Assembly: GCA_963774665.1 (NCBI GenBank)
Contig: CAVZGB010000023.1
Location: 76,277 to 140,276 of the forward strand
Source: an uncultured delta proteobacterium
GTDB taxonomy: Bacteria > Desulfobacterota > Binatia > Binatales > Binataceae
Direction of reading: 5' to 3'
Length of the DNA: 64,000 bases
Position 1 is the first letter of the stretch. The number at the start of each line of letters is the position of its first letter. This document shows, one piece after another, positions 30,460 to 39,686 of the stretch. Below the pieces are notes generated by a model, which was given only the letters and a program-made list of their open reading frames with translations, searched no databases and was not told the DNA's origin. Made by a program: the position numbers and the translations under genes.

Positions 30460-31125
30460 TCAACTGAGCGTGCCCTTGGTCGAAAGCACGCCTGAGAGCC
30501 GCGGCTCGCGTGCCGTCGCATGGTCCATCGCGCGCGCCAACGCCTTGAAAGTCGCCTCGATGATGTGATGCGGGTTCCGGCCGCTCACCAGGTTGAGATG
30601 CAGGTTCATGCCGACCTCGTCGGTCAGCGCTTTCATGAAGTCGTGCACCAGCTCGGTCTGGAAGTTACCGACCCGCTCCTGGCTGATAGGCACGTTGTAG
30701 CCGAGATACGCGCGACCGCTGATATCGACGATCGCGGTGCAGACGGCCTCGTCCAGCGGCACGGTCGCCTCGCCGAAGCGCTTGATTCCGGCGCGGTCGC
30801 CGAGAGCCTGCCGAAACGCCCGACCCACGACCATCCCGACGTCTTCGACCGTATGATGATCATCTATATGCAAATCGCCGGTTGCCTCGACTTTCAGGTC
30901 GAAGAATCCGTGGCGAGCGAAGCTCTCCAGCATGTGATCGAGGAACGGAACCCCGGTCTTGGCCTCGCCGCGCCCACTCCCATCGAGCTTCAGCGCGACA
31001 GTCACCGAAGTCTCTCGCGTCTTGCGCTCGACCTCCGCAGTACGCTTCGCCTCAGTCGGCGCCAACCGCGCGACCGGACTCGCGGCCTTCTCTTTATTTT
31101 GCGCGCTGATTCTGTGCTTTTGCAT
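30460..31125 (-). CDS. hisB: imidazoleglycerol-phosphate dehydratase
   Basis: RKTRET, FLDHML, DDHHTVED, NPHHIIEATFKA. Confidence 0.97.
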   Translation of the reverse strand: MQKHRISAQNKEKAASPVARLAPTEAKRTAEVERKTRETSVTVALKLDGSGRGEAKTGVPFLDHMLESFARHGFFDLKVEATGDLHIDDHHTVEDVGMVVGRAFRQALGDRAGIKRFGEATVPLDEAVCTAIVDISGRAYLGYNVPISQERVGNFQTELVHDFMKALTDEVGMNLHLNLVSGRNPHHIIEATFKALARAMDHATAREPRLSGVLSTKGTLS

Positions 31126-32455
31126 TTCGATTCTCTGCCCGCTTTACCTTTCCATCAGGCGTGCCACTCCGAAGTTCCATTGCGCGTGCGTGGCCCTCGA
31201 ACCCTTCCATCCGCGCCAGGTGCGCGACCGTAGGCCCTAGCTCCGCAATCGCGCCCTTCGACGCCTCGATTATACTGGTTCGTTTCAGGAAATCGTATGC
31301 ACCTAAAGGCGACGCGAAACGGGCAGCTCCCCCCGTCGGCAGAACGTGATTTGGTCCTGCCAGATAGTCGCCCAGCGGCGCGGGCGTGAGCGAGCCCAGA
31401 AAAACGGCGCCCGCAGCTTTGACCTTCGGCAGCCATCGCGACGGATTGCGCAGGTCGAGCTCGAGATGCTCAGGGCCGATCTGATTGGCGAGATCGAAGG
31501 CCTCGTTGAGGTCGCTGACTACGACCATGGCGCCGCGCTTGACCAACGCCGCCTCGACCTGCCGTGCGCGCGGCAGAGTCTTGAGCGCGGTTTCTATTGC
31601 CTCTGCGACACGATTTGCGATGCTCTCCGACGGAGTCAGGAGCACTGCCGCCTCGTCGCCGGAACCATGCTCGGCCTGCGCGATCAGGTCGGCGGCAATC
31701 CATTCGGGATTCGCGCGCTCGTCGGCTATCACCAGCACCTCGCTCGGCCCGGCCATCTTGTCGATGTCCGCGACGCCGTAGACCATCCGCTTGGCAGCCT
31801 GCACGTATGCGTTCCCAGGCCCGACAATCTTATCCACCGGCTTGATGGTTTCCGTGCCGTACGCGAGAGCCGCGACCGCATGCGCTCCGCCGACGCGGTA
31901 GAATTCGTCGACGCCGGCAATTTCCGCAGCGGCCAGCACCGCGAGCCGCTCGCCCTCCGACGACGGCGGCGAGACCATCACGATTTCGGCGACGCCCGCG
32001 ACCTTGGCGGGAATCGCATTCATCAGCACCGACGACGGATACGCGCCGAGCCCGCCCGGCACGTAAATTCCGACACGGCGCATCGGCTGCACCATCTGCC
32101 CGAGCCGCATCCCGGACTTGTCGCGATAGATGAACGACTTCTCCATCGTGCGGCGATGAAATTCCGCGATTCGCTCGGCAGCCAATTCGAGCGCGCGCCG
32201 ATCCTCAGGCGGGATGTGATTGATCGCCGACTGGCGTTCTGCCGGCGTCACGCGAAGCGTCTTCGAGGTCAGCTTCACGCGGTCAAATTTGGCCGTCAGA
32301 TCGATCAGCGCGCGATCGCCGCGGTTTCGCACGTCGGCGATTATCTTCGATACTGCGGCGTCGATACCGGCGCTATCGCTTCCCCGGCGCGCGAGTATCG
32401 CAGCCAGGAATTTTTTGAACTCCGGCGCCTGAGACTTAAGGACGCGGGGCTTCAT
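31094..32455 (-). CDS. hisD: histidinol dehydrogenase
   Basis: GIYVPGG, KIVGPGNAYV, AGPSEV, AQAEH, PEHLE, GPNHVLPT. Confidence 0.97.
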   Translation of the reverse strand: MKPRVLKSQAPEFKKFLAAILARRGSDSAGIDAAVSKIIADVRNRGDRALIDLTAKFDRVKLTSKTLRVTPAERQSAINHIPPEDRRALELAAERIAEFHRRTMEKSFIYRDKSGMRLGQMVQPMRRVGIYVPGGLGAYPSSVLMNAIPAKVAGVAEIVMVSPPSSEGERLAVLAAAEIAGVDEFYRVGGAHAVAALAYGTETIKPVDKIVGPGNAYVQAAKRMVYGVADIDKMAGPSEVLVIADERANPEWIAADLIAQAEHGSGDEAAVLLTPSESIANRVAEAIETALKTLPRARQVEAALVKRGAMVVVSDLNEAFDLANQIGPEHLELDLRNPSRWLPKVKAAGAVFLGSLTPAPLGDYLAGPNHVLPTGGAARFASPLGAYDFLKRTSIIEASKGAIAELGPTVAHLARMEGFEGHARAMELRSGTPDGKVKRAENRNAKAQNQRAK

Positions 32456-33711
32456 TATTCTTGAGCACGCTCGATTCGCGCGCCGAGGCTCGAGAGCTTC
32501 GCGTCGAGCGCTTCATACCCGCGGTCCAGATGGTAGATGCGGCTAAGCTCGGTCGTGTGTTCCGCGGCAAGGCCCGCGATTATCAACCCCATGCTGGCGC
32601 GCAGGTCGGTCGCCATGACCGGCGCGCCGCTCAGCTTCGACGGCCCGCGTACGACGGCGGTGGGACCTTTCATCAGGATGTCGGCGCCCATCCGCGCCAG
32701 TTCCTGCGCATGCATGAAGCGGTTCTCGAAAATCGTCTCCGTAATGACGGAGCTGCCGTCGGCCTGCGTCAGCATCGCCATCATCTGCGCCTGGAGGTCG
32801 GTCGGGAAGCCGGGATACGGCAGCGTGCGCAGCTCGACCGGCTTGAGTCCGTTGTTGCGCGCGACGCGAACGCCCTTCCCGTTCGCCTCGACCGTGACGC
32901 CCGCCTCGCGCAGCTTGGTCGCGACGGCGTCGAGATGCTCGATCGGCGCATTGGTAATCGTAACGTCGCCGCCGGTGATTGCCGCCGCCGCCATCATCGA
33001 GCCGGCCTCGATTCGGTCGGGAATCACCTCGTGCTCCGCGCCATGCAGCCGATCGACGCCTTCGATTTCGATCACGTGAGTGCCGGCGCCATTGATCTTC
33101 GCGCCCATCGCGACCAGCAAACGCGCGAGATCCTGCACCTCGGGTTCACGCGCGGCATTTTCGATCACGGTGCGGCCGCGCGCTGTCACCGCCGCCATCA
33201 GAATATTTTCGGTTGCGCCGACTGACGGCGAATCAAGCCAGATGCGCCCGCCCGTCAGCTTTTCGGCATGAGCTTCAACATAGCCGTGACGAAACTGGAT
33301 CTTGCTGCCTAGCGCGCGAATCCCGGCGATATGCAGATTTACCGGCCGCGCACCAATCGCGCACCCTCCCGGAGTCGAAACTCGCGCGCGCCCCGTCCGC
33401 GCCAGCAGCGGGCCTAGCACGACGAACGACGCGCGCATCGTCTTGACCAGCTCGTACGACGCCTCATGCGAGGTGACGTTGGCCGCACGCAGCTCGACGC
33501 TATGATCGTCGGTCCATCGCGCCTCGACCCCGAGCCCATTCAGGAGCTCCATCGCAGTTTTCACATCGCGCAGGCGCGGAACATTACTCAGTTGGAGCGG
33601 CTCCGACGTCAGCAACGAAGCCATCATGATCGGCAGCGCCGCGTTCTTGCTCCCGCTCAGCGTGACAGTCCCGCGCAGCGGAGCGCCGCCATGAATGATC
33701 ATTTTTTCCAT
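32455..33711 (-). CDS. murA: UDP-N-acetylglucosamine 1-carboxyvinyltransferase
   Basis: GSKNAALP, PGGCAIGARP, PDRIEAG, PGFPTDLQ, TDLRA. Confidence 0.98.
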   Translation of the reverse strand: MEKMIIHGGAPLRGTVTLSGSKNAALPIMMASLLTSEPLQLSNVPRLRDVKTAMELLNGLGVEARWTDDHSVELRAANVTSHEASYELVKTMRASFVVLGPLLARTGRARVSTPGGCAIGARPVNLHIAGIRALGSKIQFRHGYVEAHAEKLTGGRIWLDSPSVGATENILMAAVTARGRTVIENAAREPEVQDLARLLVAMGAKINGAGTHVIEIEGVDRLHGAEHEVIPDRIEAGSMMAAAAITGGDVTITNAPIEHLDAVATKLREAGVTVEANGKGVRVARNNGLKPVELRTLPYPGFPTDLQAQMMAMLTQADGSSVITETIFENRFMHAQELARMGADILMKGPTAVVRGPSKLSGAPVMATDLRASMGLIIAGLAAEHTTELSRIYHLDRGYEALDAKLSSLGARIERAQE

Positions 33712-33717
33712 GCTGAA

Positions 33718-34587
33718 TTACCTGACCCGCGCCCTCGCGACTCGCATTTGTCCAGCGAAATCGTTTATCACATCGAGAACGAACAAACCCGCGTGCGTCA
33801 TGATTCCTACAACGTCGCCGGCGTGGCCCAAGCCCATTTCCATGATTAACTCGCCGTCGGTTTCTAGATGTGCACCAACCCCGTTGGCTATCCTGCGGAT
33901 TATGCGCAGGCCTCCTACCCCTCCGCTTAGCGCAACCCGCGGCTCGTAGCGACGTACATCGGGCTCCAGAGCTGTGATCTCCGCATCATCCAGGTAAGGC
34001 GGATTTGAGACTATCGCGTCGAACTTTCCGAGCGCCGCGCCGCCATCGAGAACATTGAAACAATCGGCACGCCGGAGCGTGACTCGATCCTCGACTCGAT
34101 GCCGCCGGGCGTTGCGCGAAGCTACCGCGAGCGCGTCGGTGGAGATATCGAGCGCCGTGATCTGCGCGCTCGGTGCGTTGACGGCAATCGCTATCGCAAT
34201 CGCGCCGGAACCGGTGCCGATATCGAGCACGCGCGCATTGGCTTTCCCTGCAATACACTCCAGCGCCGCGCCGACGACGAACTCCGTCTCCGGCCGCGGA
34301 ATCAGTACCGCGGGCGTCACTTCGAAATCGAGCGAGTAAAATTCCTTGTGCCCGAGGATGTACGCGATTGGCTCGCGCATTTCGCGACGCGCGATCAACG
34401 TTTCGAATTTGTACAGTATCTCATTTGACAGCTCGATCGAGCCGGTAATCGCTTCCTCGCGCGTGACGCCCGCCGCTGCCGCCATCAGCAATTCAGCGTC
34501 GAGTAGCGACGACTCAATTCCGACCTTCGCGAGCTTGCGCGATGCGGTGCCAATCGTTGCCAATACGACGCGCGCGAGGTCTCTCAT
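33718..34587 (-). CDS. prmC: release factor glutamine methyltransferase
   Basis: LIPRPETE, DIGTGSGAIA, NPPY. Confidence 0.96.
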   Translation of the reverse strand: MRDLARVVLATIGTASRKLAKVGIESSLLDAELLMAAAAGVTREEAITGSIELSNEILYKFETLIARREMREPIAYILGHKEFYSLDFEVTPAVLIPRPETEFVVGAALECIAGKANARVLDIGTGSGAIAIAIAVNAPSAQITALDISTDALAVASRNARRHRVEDRVTLRRADCFNVLDGGAALGKFDAIVSNPPYLDDAEITALEPDVRRYEPRVALSGGVGGLRIIRRIANGVGAHLETDGELIMEMGLGHAGDVVGIMTHAGLFVLDVINDFAGQMRVARARVR

Positions 34588-34593
34588 GACCTC

Positions 34594-35655
34594 TTACGCG
34601 TTGAGCGACTGCTCGCGATCGTATGCCGCCAGCGCATCGATTACCGGATCGATTGCGCCGTCGAGAAAATTGTCGAGCTGATGAATCGTCACGTTGACGC
34701 GATGGTCGGTCACCCGTGATTGTGGAAAATTGTAAGTGCGGATGCGCTCCGAGCGGTCACCCGTCCCCACCATCGATTTGCGCGTCTGCGCGATTTTCGC
34801 CTGCTGCTCCGACTGCGCCTGCTCGAGCAGCCGCGCCCGCAGGATCTTCAACGCCTTCGCCTTGTTCTTGTGCTGCGATTTCTCGTCGCGCTGGATTATC
34901 ACCATCCCGCTCGGGATGTGCGTGATTCGCACCGCCGAGTCTGTGGTGTTGACGCTCTGCCCGCCCGGCCCCGACGCGCGCATCACGTCAATGCGCAGGT
35001 CCTTCGCCTCATTTATATTGACTTCGACTTCGTCCGCCTCGGGCATCACCGCGACCGTAACCGCCGATGTGTGGATTCGCCCCGAGCCTTCGGTCTCCGG
35101 CACCCGCTGCACGCGATGCACCCCGCCTTCGTACTTGAGCCGCGAGTATGCGCCGCGTCCTGTCACCAGCGCGATCACTTCCTTGATTCCGCCCAGGCCG
35201 GTGTCGCTGAGGCTCAGCGATTCGATCTTGAATCCATGGCGTTCGGCGTAGCGCGTGTACATCCGATACAGGTCGCCGGCGAAGAGCGATGCCTCTTCAC
35301 CACCAGTGCCCGCACGAATTTCTAAGATAACGTTCTTCTCGTCGTTGGGATCGCGCGGCGTCAGCAGCTCTTTGAGCTTCTCTTCGACCGCTTCGAGATT
35401 TTTCTGCAGCGTCGGCATCTCGGCCTTCGCGAGCTCGCGCAGGTCGGCGTCGTTGCCGTCGAGGATCGATTTGTGACCCGCGATTTCGTCCGCAATACGG
35501 ATATATTCGCGCGCGCATTGCGCCGCCTCGGAAAGCTGCGATCGCTCCTTGGCCAGCCGCGCGTACTCGCGCTGATTGCCGAGCGTGGCCGGATCGCTGA
35601 GCTTACGCTCGAGTTCCGCGACCCGCTCTTCTATTGCGCTTGCTTTGTCGAGCAT
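34594..35655 (-). CDS. prfA: peptide chain release factor 1
   Basis: GGQ motif, PET anticodon-mimic in RVPETE, IRTYNFPQ. Confidence 0.97.
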   Translation of the reverse strand: MLDKASAIEERVAELERKLSDPATLGNQREYARLAKERSQLSEAAQCAREYIRIADEIAGHKSILDGNDADLRELAKAEMPTLQKNLEAVEEKLKELLTPRDPNDEKNVILEIRAGTGGEEASLFAGDLYRMYTRYAERHGFKIESLSLSDTGLGGIKEVIALVTGRGAYSRLKYEGGVHRVQRVPETEGSGRIHTSAVTVAVMPEADEVEVNINEAKDLRIDVMRASGPGGQSVNTTDSAVRITHIPSGMVIIQRDEKSQHKNKAKALKILRARLLEQAQSEQQAKIAQTRKSMVGTGDRSERIRTYNFPQSRVTDHRVNVTIHQLDNFLDGAIDPVIDALAAYDREQSLNA

Positions 35656-35805
35656 CGCCCCACACAATCATCGTCACTTCACGATCGCCGAGAAGCACTT
35701 TCCTGAAAAAGAAAAAAGAACGGCGCGGCCGATTTGGCCGTGCCGATGGATTCTCCCCCGCGCACCCGGGTGCTTCGAGCACCGCAGGCGGCGGGAGCTG
35801 CTATG

Positions 35806-36045
35806 CTACTTTTCGGCAGCGGTTTCCGCCGCCTTTTCAGCCGGCTTCTTGATGCCGTACTTGCGATTGAACCGCTCGACGCGTCCTGCGGTATCGACCA
35901 GGCGCTGTGTGCCAGTGTAGAAAGGATGGCACTTCGAGCAGACCTCGACATGAAGCTCTTTGAGCGTCGAGCGCGTTTCGAAGGTGTTGCCGCACGCACA
36001 AACTACAGTGCAGCGGCGGTATTCGGGATGGATTCCGGGTTTCAT
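35806..36045 (-). CDS. rpmE: 50S ribosomal protein L31, Zn-binding (C+) type
   Basis: [21 protein letters not shown]. Confidence 0.97.
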   Translation of the reverse strand: MKPGIHPEYRRCTVVCACGNTFETRSTLKELHVEVCSKCHPFYTGTQRLVDTAGRVERFNRKYGIKKPAEKAAETAAEK

Positions 36046-36096
36046 TTTAATCTCTCAAGCCCTTTTGACTATTGTATTGCAGGATACCATCGCAAG

Positions 36097-37682
36097 GTAT
36101 CGCAAACAATTCGCCCGTCTCTACTGCGATTTCGCCTTTTCCGTATCGTTTTCGCCTCCTCATCCGCAGCAATAATAATCACGATTTGCGCGATTGCGAG
36201 CTACGCCGCATCTTCGCCACCGAAGCCCCCATCAGCGCCGACGGCCGCAAGTGCCGGCTTCGCCCCCGATGCTCAAACCCTGTTCGCGCCCATCGTTTGT
36301 CTCGCGCCGCCCGGTCCCGCGCGGGCCTCGCGAGCGATCGCGATTTTCGATCGCCAGCTCGCCTTCCAGCGCAAACTGTCGTTCCATCCCAAAATTGGCC
36401 CGTCGCTTCAGAAAGTCATCGACCAGCTTCCGCCACGGCAATCGACGATAATTCGAGCGGCCGCGCTCTACTCGAAGCCGGAAATTCCATGGCACGAGGA
36501 ACTCGATGGCACGCATCAGATTTGCGTCACCGGACAGCCCGACAACTCCGACTATCTCTACTCGCTGGTCCACCAATGGCGCAGTCCCGAGGAGCCTTCG
36601 CGATTCTCCGGCGTGTTTGGTCTGAAGCCTTCCGCTGATTCCACTTCCGGCAACGTTTCGAGCGTGACCGGCACGCTCGCGGGCGAGCTGATGATGGACA
36701 CCTACGGTCTCGGCGCGCTGGTCGATCTGTTGTCCGGCACGCTGCGCGAGCTTCACGGCGACCTGAAGCCGCCCTGGGATTCTGCGTCCGGCAAGTTCAA
36801 CCACCATGACCGCGCCGGGCTCGACCGGTTCCATCGCCAGATGCCGCATCTCGCGGCGAAGTTCGATCACTATTTCAAATTCAGCAATCTGCTCGACGAA
36901 TTCAATTCGCCCGCCGGTCCAATCGTGCTGTTCAACGTCGATATGGAAGTTCGCCTGGACGCGCTGAAAAAGTATCCTCTGCTTTATGATTTCTATCGCA
37001 AGATCGTGCCGGCGGTGGTGGCGAAATCCGACATACTCGATACGCACGGCAACTACTGGATGCGCGAGGCGTTCGACCACGGCCACATCCACTTTACGAT
37101 AATGATCCGCAACGGTCTGCTGACACCGTTCAACGCCGCGCTGCAGCCCGCCGGCGGCAGTATCGCGCTCAGCGAAATTACGCAAGGTACCTACCGCACG
37201 CTCGCGTCAGGGCAGGTGACCAGCCTCGCGATGAATTTCGGCCTCGCCAACATTGGATTCACGACGGACTATCGACGCGATCCAGGCACCTGTACCTTCG
37301 TCAACCGGATGAACGCGGTCCCGCAACTGGTCGCGCCGCCCGGCGTTCATCAGGTGATGGACTTGGTTGCCGGCGACTTTCTGCGCGCGCTGGCGACTGG
37401 CGATGGAGGCCTGAATTCAAAACTCACTTCACGCCTGCTCCCCAATGGCACCTATGATTTCTCCGGCGGCTTCACCGCCCAGTTGGACTACTCGCCCACG
37501 CTTGAATTGCTCGCGCGTGTTGGCGACGCGATCGCGAAGGAACACAACGACAAGGTCCGCGTCGAGGAACGCGCATTCGGCGAAGAACTTTTCGATGCGT
37601 TCGTCGCCGACTACAATGACGCGCGTCCGGCGATAGCCGCATTGGATTCGGACAAGATCAACAGCAGGAAAAATCCAGATGA
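36097..37682 (+). CDS. large exported hypothetical protein (start uncertain; probable indel in the A-run near 37670)
   Basis: about 530 codons of open frame with a signal-peptide-like segment; an off-frame TGA overlaps the next ATG (ATGA 37679-37682). Confidence 0.65.
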
Positions 37683-38386
37683 GCCGCGCACGATGGAGAC
37701 CCTTTTTCACAGCGACGCTTTTTGCAGTCGCAGTCTTCGCCGCCGGATGCGCCGCGGAAGACAAACCACCACCCCCTGCTCCCGACTCCGGCTCGCAGCC
37801 GAAATTGCTCAGCGATCTATCCAGCGTCTCCGACGTTCACATCAACCCGTTGGCCTCCCATACGGCTCCCGCCCGCGGCGACGCAATGCTGCATGATTCC
37901 AGCTCCGATGCGGTCACCGCGGGGCCCCGCACGTTTCAGACGGACCCCGGCATCTCGCGCGTAGTTGGCAACGAAGCAAACCCAGGCACAGTGCGCCTGC
38001 TCAACGCCAAGGCTGCACAGTTCGGCGATTTTTCCGCACTGATTCTCGATCGCATATACGCGCGGCTCATCGAGGCCGAGCGAACCGAGGAAATCTCAAG
38101 AACGAAACTGCCTACCGACATCCGCCCCGTTGTCATCACCGCGATCTTGAACAAAAAGGGCACGCTCACCGAACTCATTCTCGAGCAACACTCCGGCAAG
38201 GCCAGGATCGATCAGATGATGCTCGATGTCTGCAAGAAGAGCATCTGGTACGAGAATCCCCCCGTCGCAGCGCTGTCCACCGACGGCACATACCAGCTGA
38301 CCATCAAGCTGAAAATGCAAAACTACGCCTCCAGCGACGAACATCACTGGAGCTTCATCACCGACCTGAGCCTCGGCATCAGCTAA
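37679..38386 (+). CDS. lipoprotein with a TonB-C-like C-terminal domain
   Basis: lipobox AAGC, Pro-rich linker, ILNKKGTLTELILEQHSGKARIDQMMLDVC...ENPP. Confidence 0.7.
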   Translation: MSRARWRPFFTATLFAVAVFAAGCAAEDKPPPPAPDSGSQPKLLSDLSSVSDVHINPLASHTAPARGDAMLHDSSSDAVTAGPRTFQTDPGISRVVGNEANPGTVRLLNAKAAQFGDFSALILDRIYARLIEAERTEEISRTKLPTDIRPVVITAILNKKGTLTELILEQHSGKARIDQMMLDVCKKSIWYENPPVAALSTDGTYQLTIKLKMQNYASSDEHHWSFITDLSLGIS

Positions 38387-38435
38387 TCGCAATTTTTTTT
38401 CGCCTTCCCGCTCAAGAAGGGCATTTTCTTCCGGT

Positions 38436-38471
38436 CCCCCTGCCCACTATGGGAAGGGTTAGGGGTTAGGT
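38436..38471 (+). repeat. REP-like palindrome, family A
   Basis: CCCCCTGCCC-ACTAT-GGGAAGGGTTAGGGGTTAGGT. Confidence 0.8.
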
Positions 38472-38543
38472 CGCCGCACACGTCGGAATACCCCTCTCTT
38501 GACCCTCGGACAGCACTACCCCGCTTCTGCTAGAATCGCGCGC

Positions 38544-39686
38544 GTGCAATCGCTCGACGACTACATTCCGCGCCCCGGCCTCTCCGTGCCCATCGTCACG
38601 ATTCTCGACGCTCGCGGACGCATCCTCGAAGACCAGCAGCGCGCTGTCATTCGCTTCGCGCTGCAAAACGGCGCCGGCGCCGACATCATTTTTGCTGCAG
38701 GCACCACTGGCGAATGGGATCGCATCGACAACTCCCGTCGCCAGGCGGTTGCGCGAATCGCGATCGAAGAATGCCGCCGCGTGCGCGCGTCTGCCGCCAA
38801 GAAAATCGAAGCATGGGCCGGCATCACCGCGCACACTCGAGCCGACACGCTCGATAACCTCACCCACGCGATCCACGCCGGCGCTGACGCAGTCGTAGTC
38901 GCGCCGCTCTCAATCAACGACGTCAAGAATCCCGCTGAATTCGTCGAACGCGACATCGGTGCGGTGTTCAGTCGCGCCGGCCGGATGCTCCCGCTGTTTC
39001 TCTACGACAACGCTGACATCGCGGCGGCCGGCAAGGCGCCGCATCTGCATACGCGCGACGTCAAGGCGATGGCGCGGTTGCCGTATGTGCGCGGAATAAA
39101 AGTCACCGCGAGCAAAACTGTCATCGGCAACTACACTCGCGCCGCCTCGCACTTCAAAGCCGGTCACGAGTTCGCCATCTACGCCGGCAATGCCTACCTC
39201 ATGTTCGATTTGTTTGCGCCGCCCGAAGGCGTCGGTGACCGCATGCGCCATTACTGGAATCGCTACCTGACTCAACGCACGCGGCCGTATGGCGTCGTCG
39301 CGGGGCCTGCCAATGCGATGCCGCGCGAATGGCAGCGTGCATGGCAGGTCTGCCGCTCGGGCGACGTCGAGCTGATGCGCTTGTATGCCGACGCGATCGA
39401 GGAATTCCGCATCACGTGCACGTTCAAGCGCGGCGCCAAGGCGTATCGCCCGACGATCGCAACGATCAAAGCGTCGCTCAAGGAAATGGGTGTCATCGAC
39501 AGCGACGCGGTCGGCACGGGTACGCCAACGATGAGCGAGAGTGAGCGCCGCGAATTCTCGACGCGCTTCGCCGCACTCCGCGAGCGTAACGCCGAGATGC
39601 TTGAGCGCGGATGGGTCAGCGAATACGATTCGCCCGCCGGCCACGCGCCGGCATCGGAACGAAAATCGGCGGGGCGCAATGGCTGA
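38544..39686 (+). CDS. DapA/NAL-family class I aldolase
   Basis: GTTGE, LYDN (Tyr) and GIKVT (Schiff-base Lys) motifs; GTG 7 nt after TGCTAGAAT. Confidence 0.85.
   Translation: MQSLDDYIPRPGLSVPIVTILDARGRILEDQQRAVIRFALQNGAGADIIFAAGTTGEWDRIDNSRRQAVARIAIEECRRVRASAAKKIEAWAGITAHTRADTLDNLTHAIHAGADAVVVAPLSINDVKNPAEFVERDIGAVFSRAGRMLPLFLYDNADIAAAGKAPHLHTRDVKAMARLPYVRGIKVTASKTVIGNYTRAASHFKAGHEFAIYAGNAYLMFDLFAPPEGVGDRMRHYWNRYLTQRTRPYGVVAGPANAMPREWQRAWQVCRSGDVELMRLYADAIEEFRITCTFKRGAKAYRPTIATIKASLKEMGVIDSDAVGTGTPTMSESERREFSTRFAALRERNAEMLERGWVSEYDSPAGHAPASERKSAGRNG

Noticed and set aside
34594-35655. programmed frameshift as in prfB
   Set aside because: The gene is RF1 (PET motif) and is continuous
35734-36045. 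N-terminal part of ORF 35734..37896
   Set aside because: It is antisense to rpmE, so it is a shadow frame
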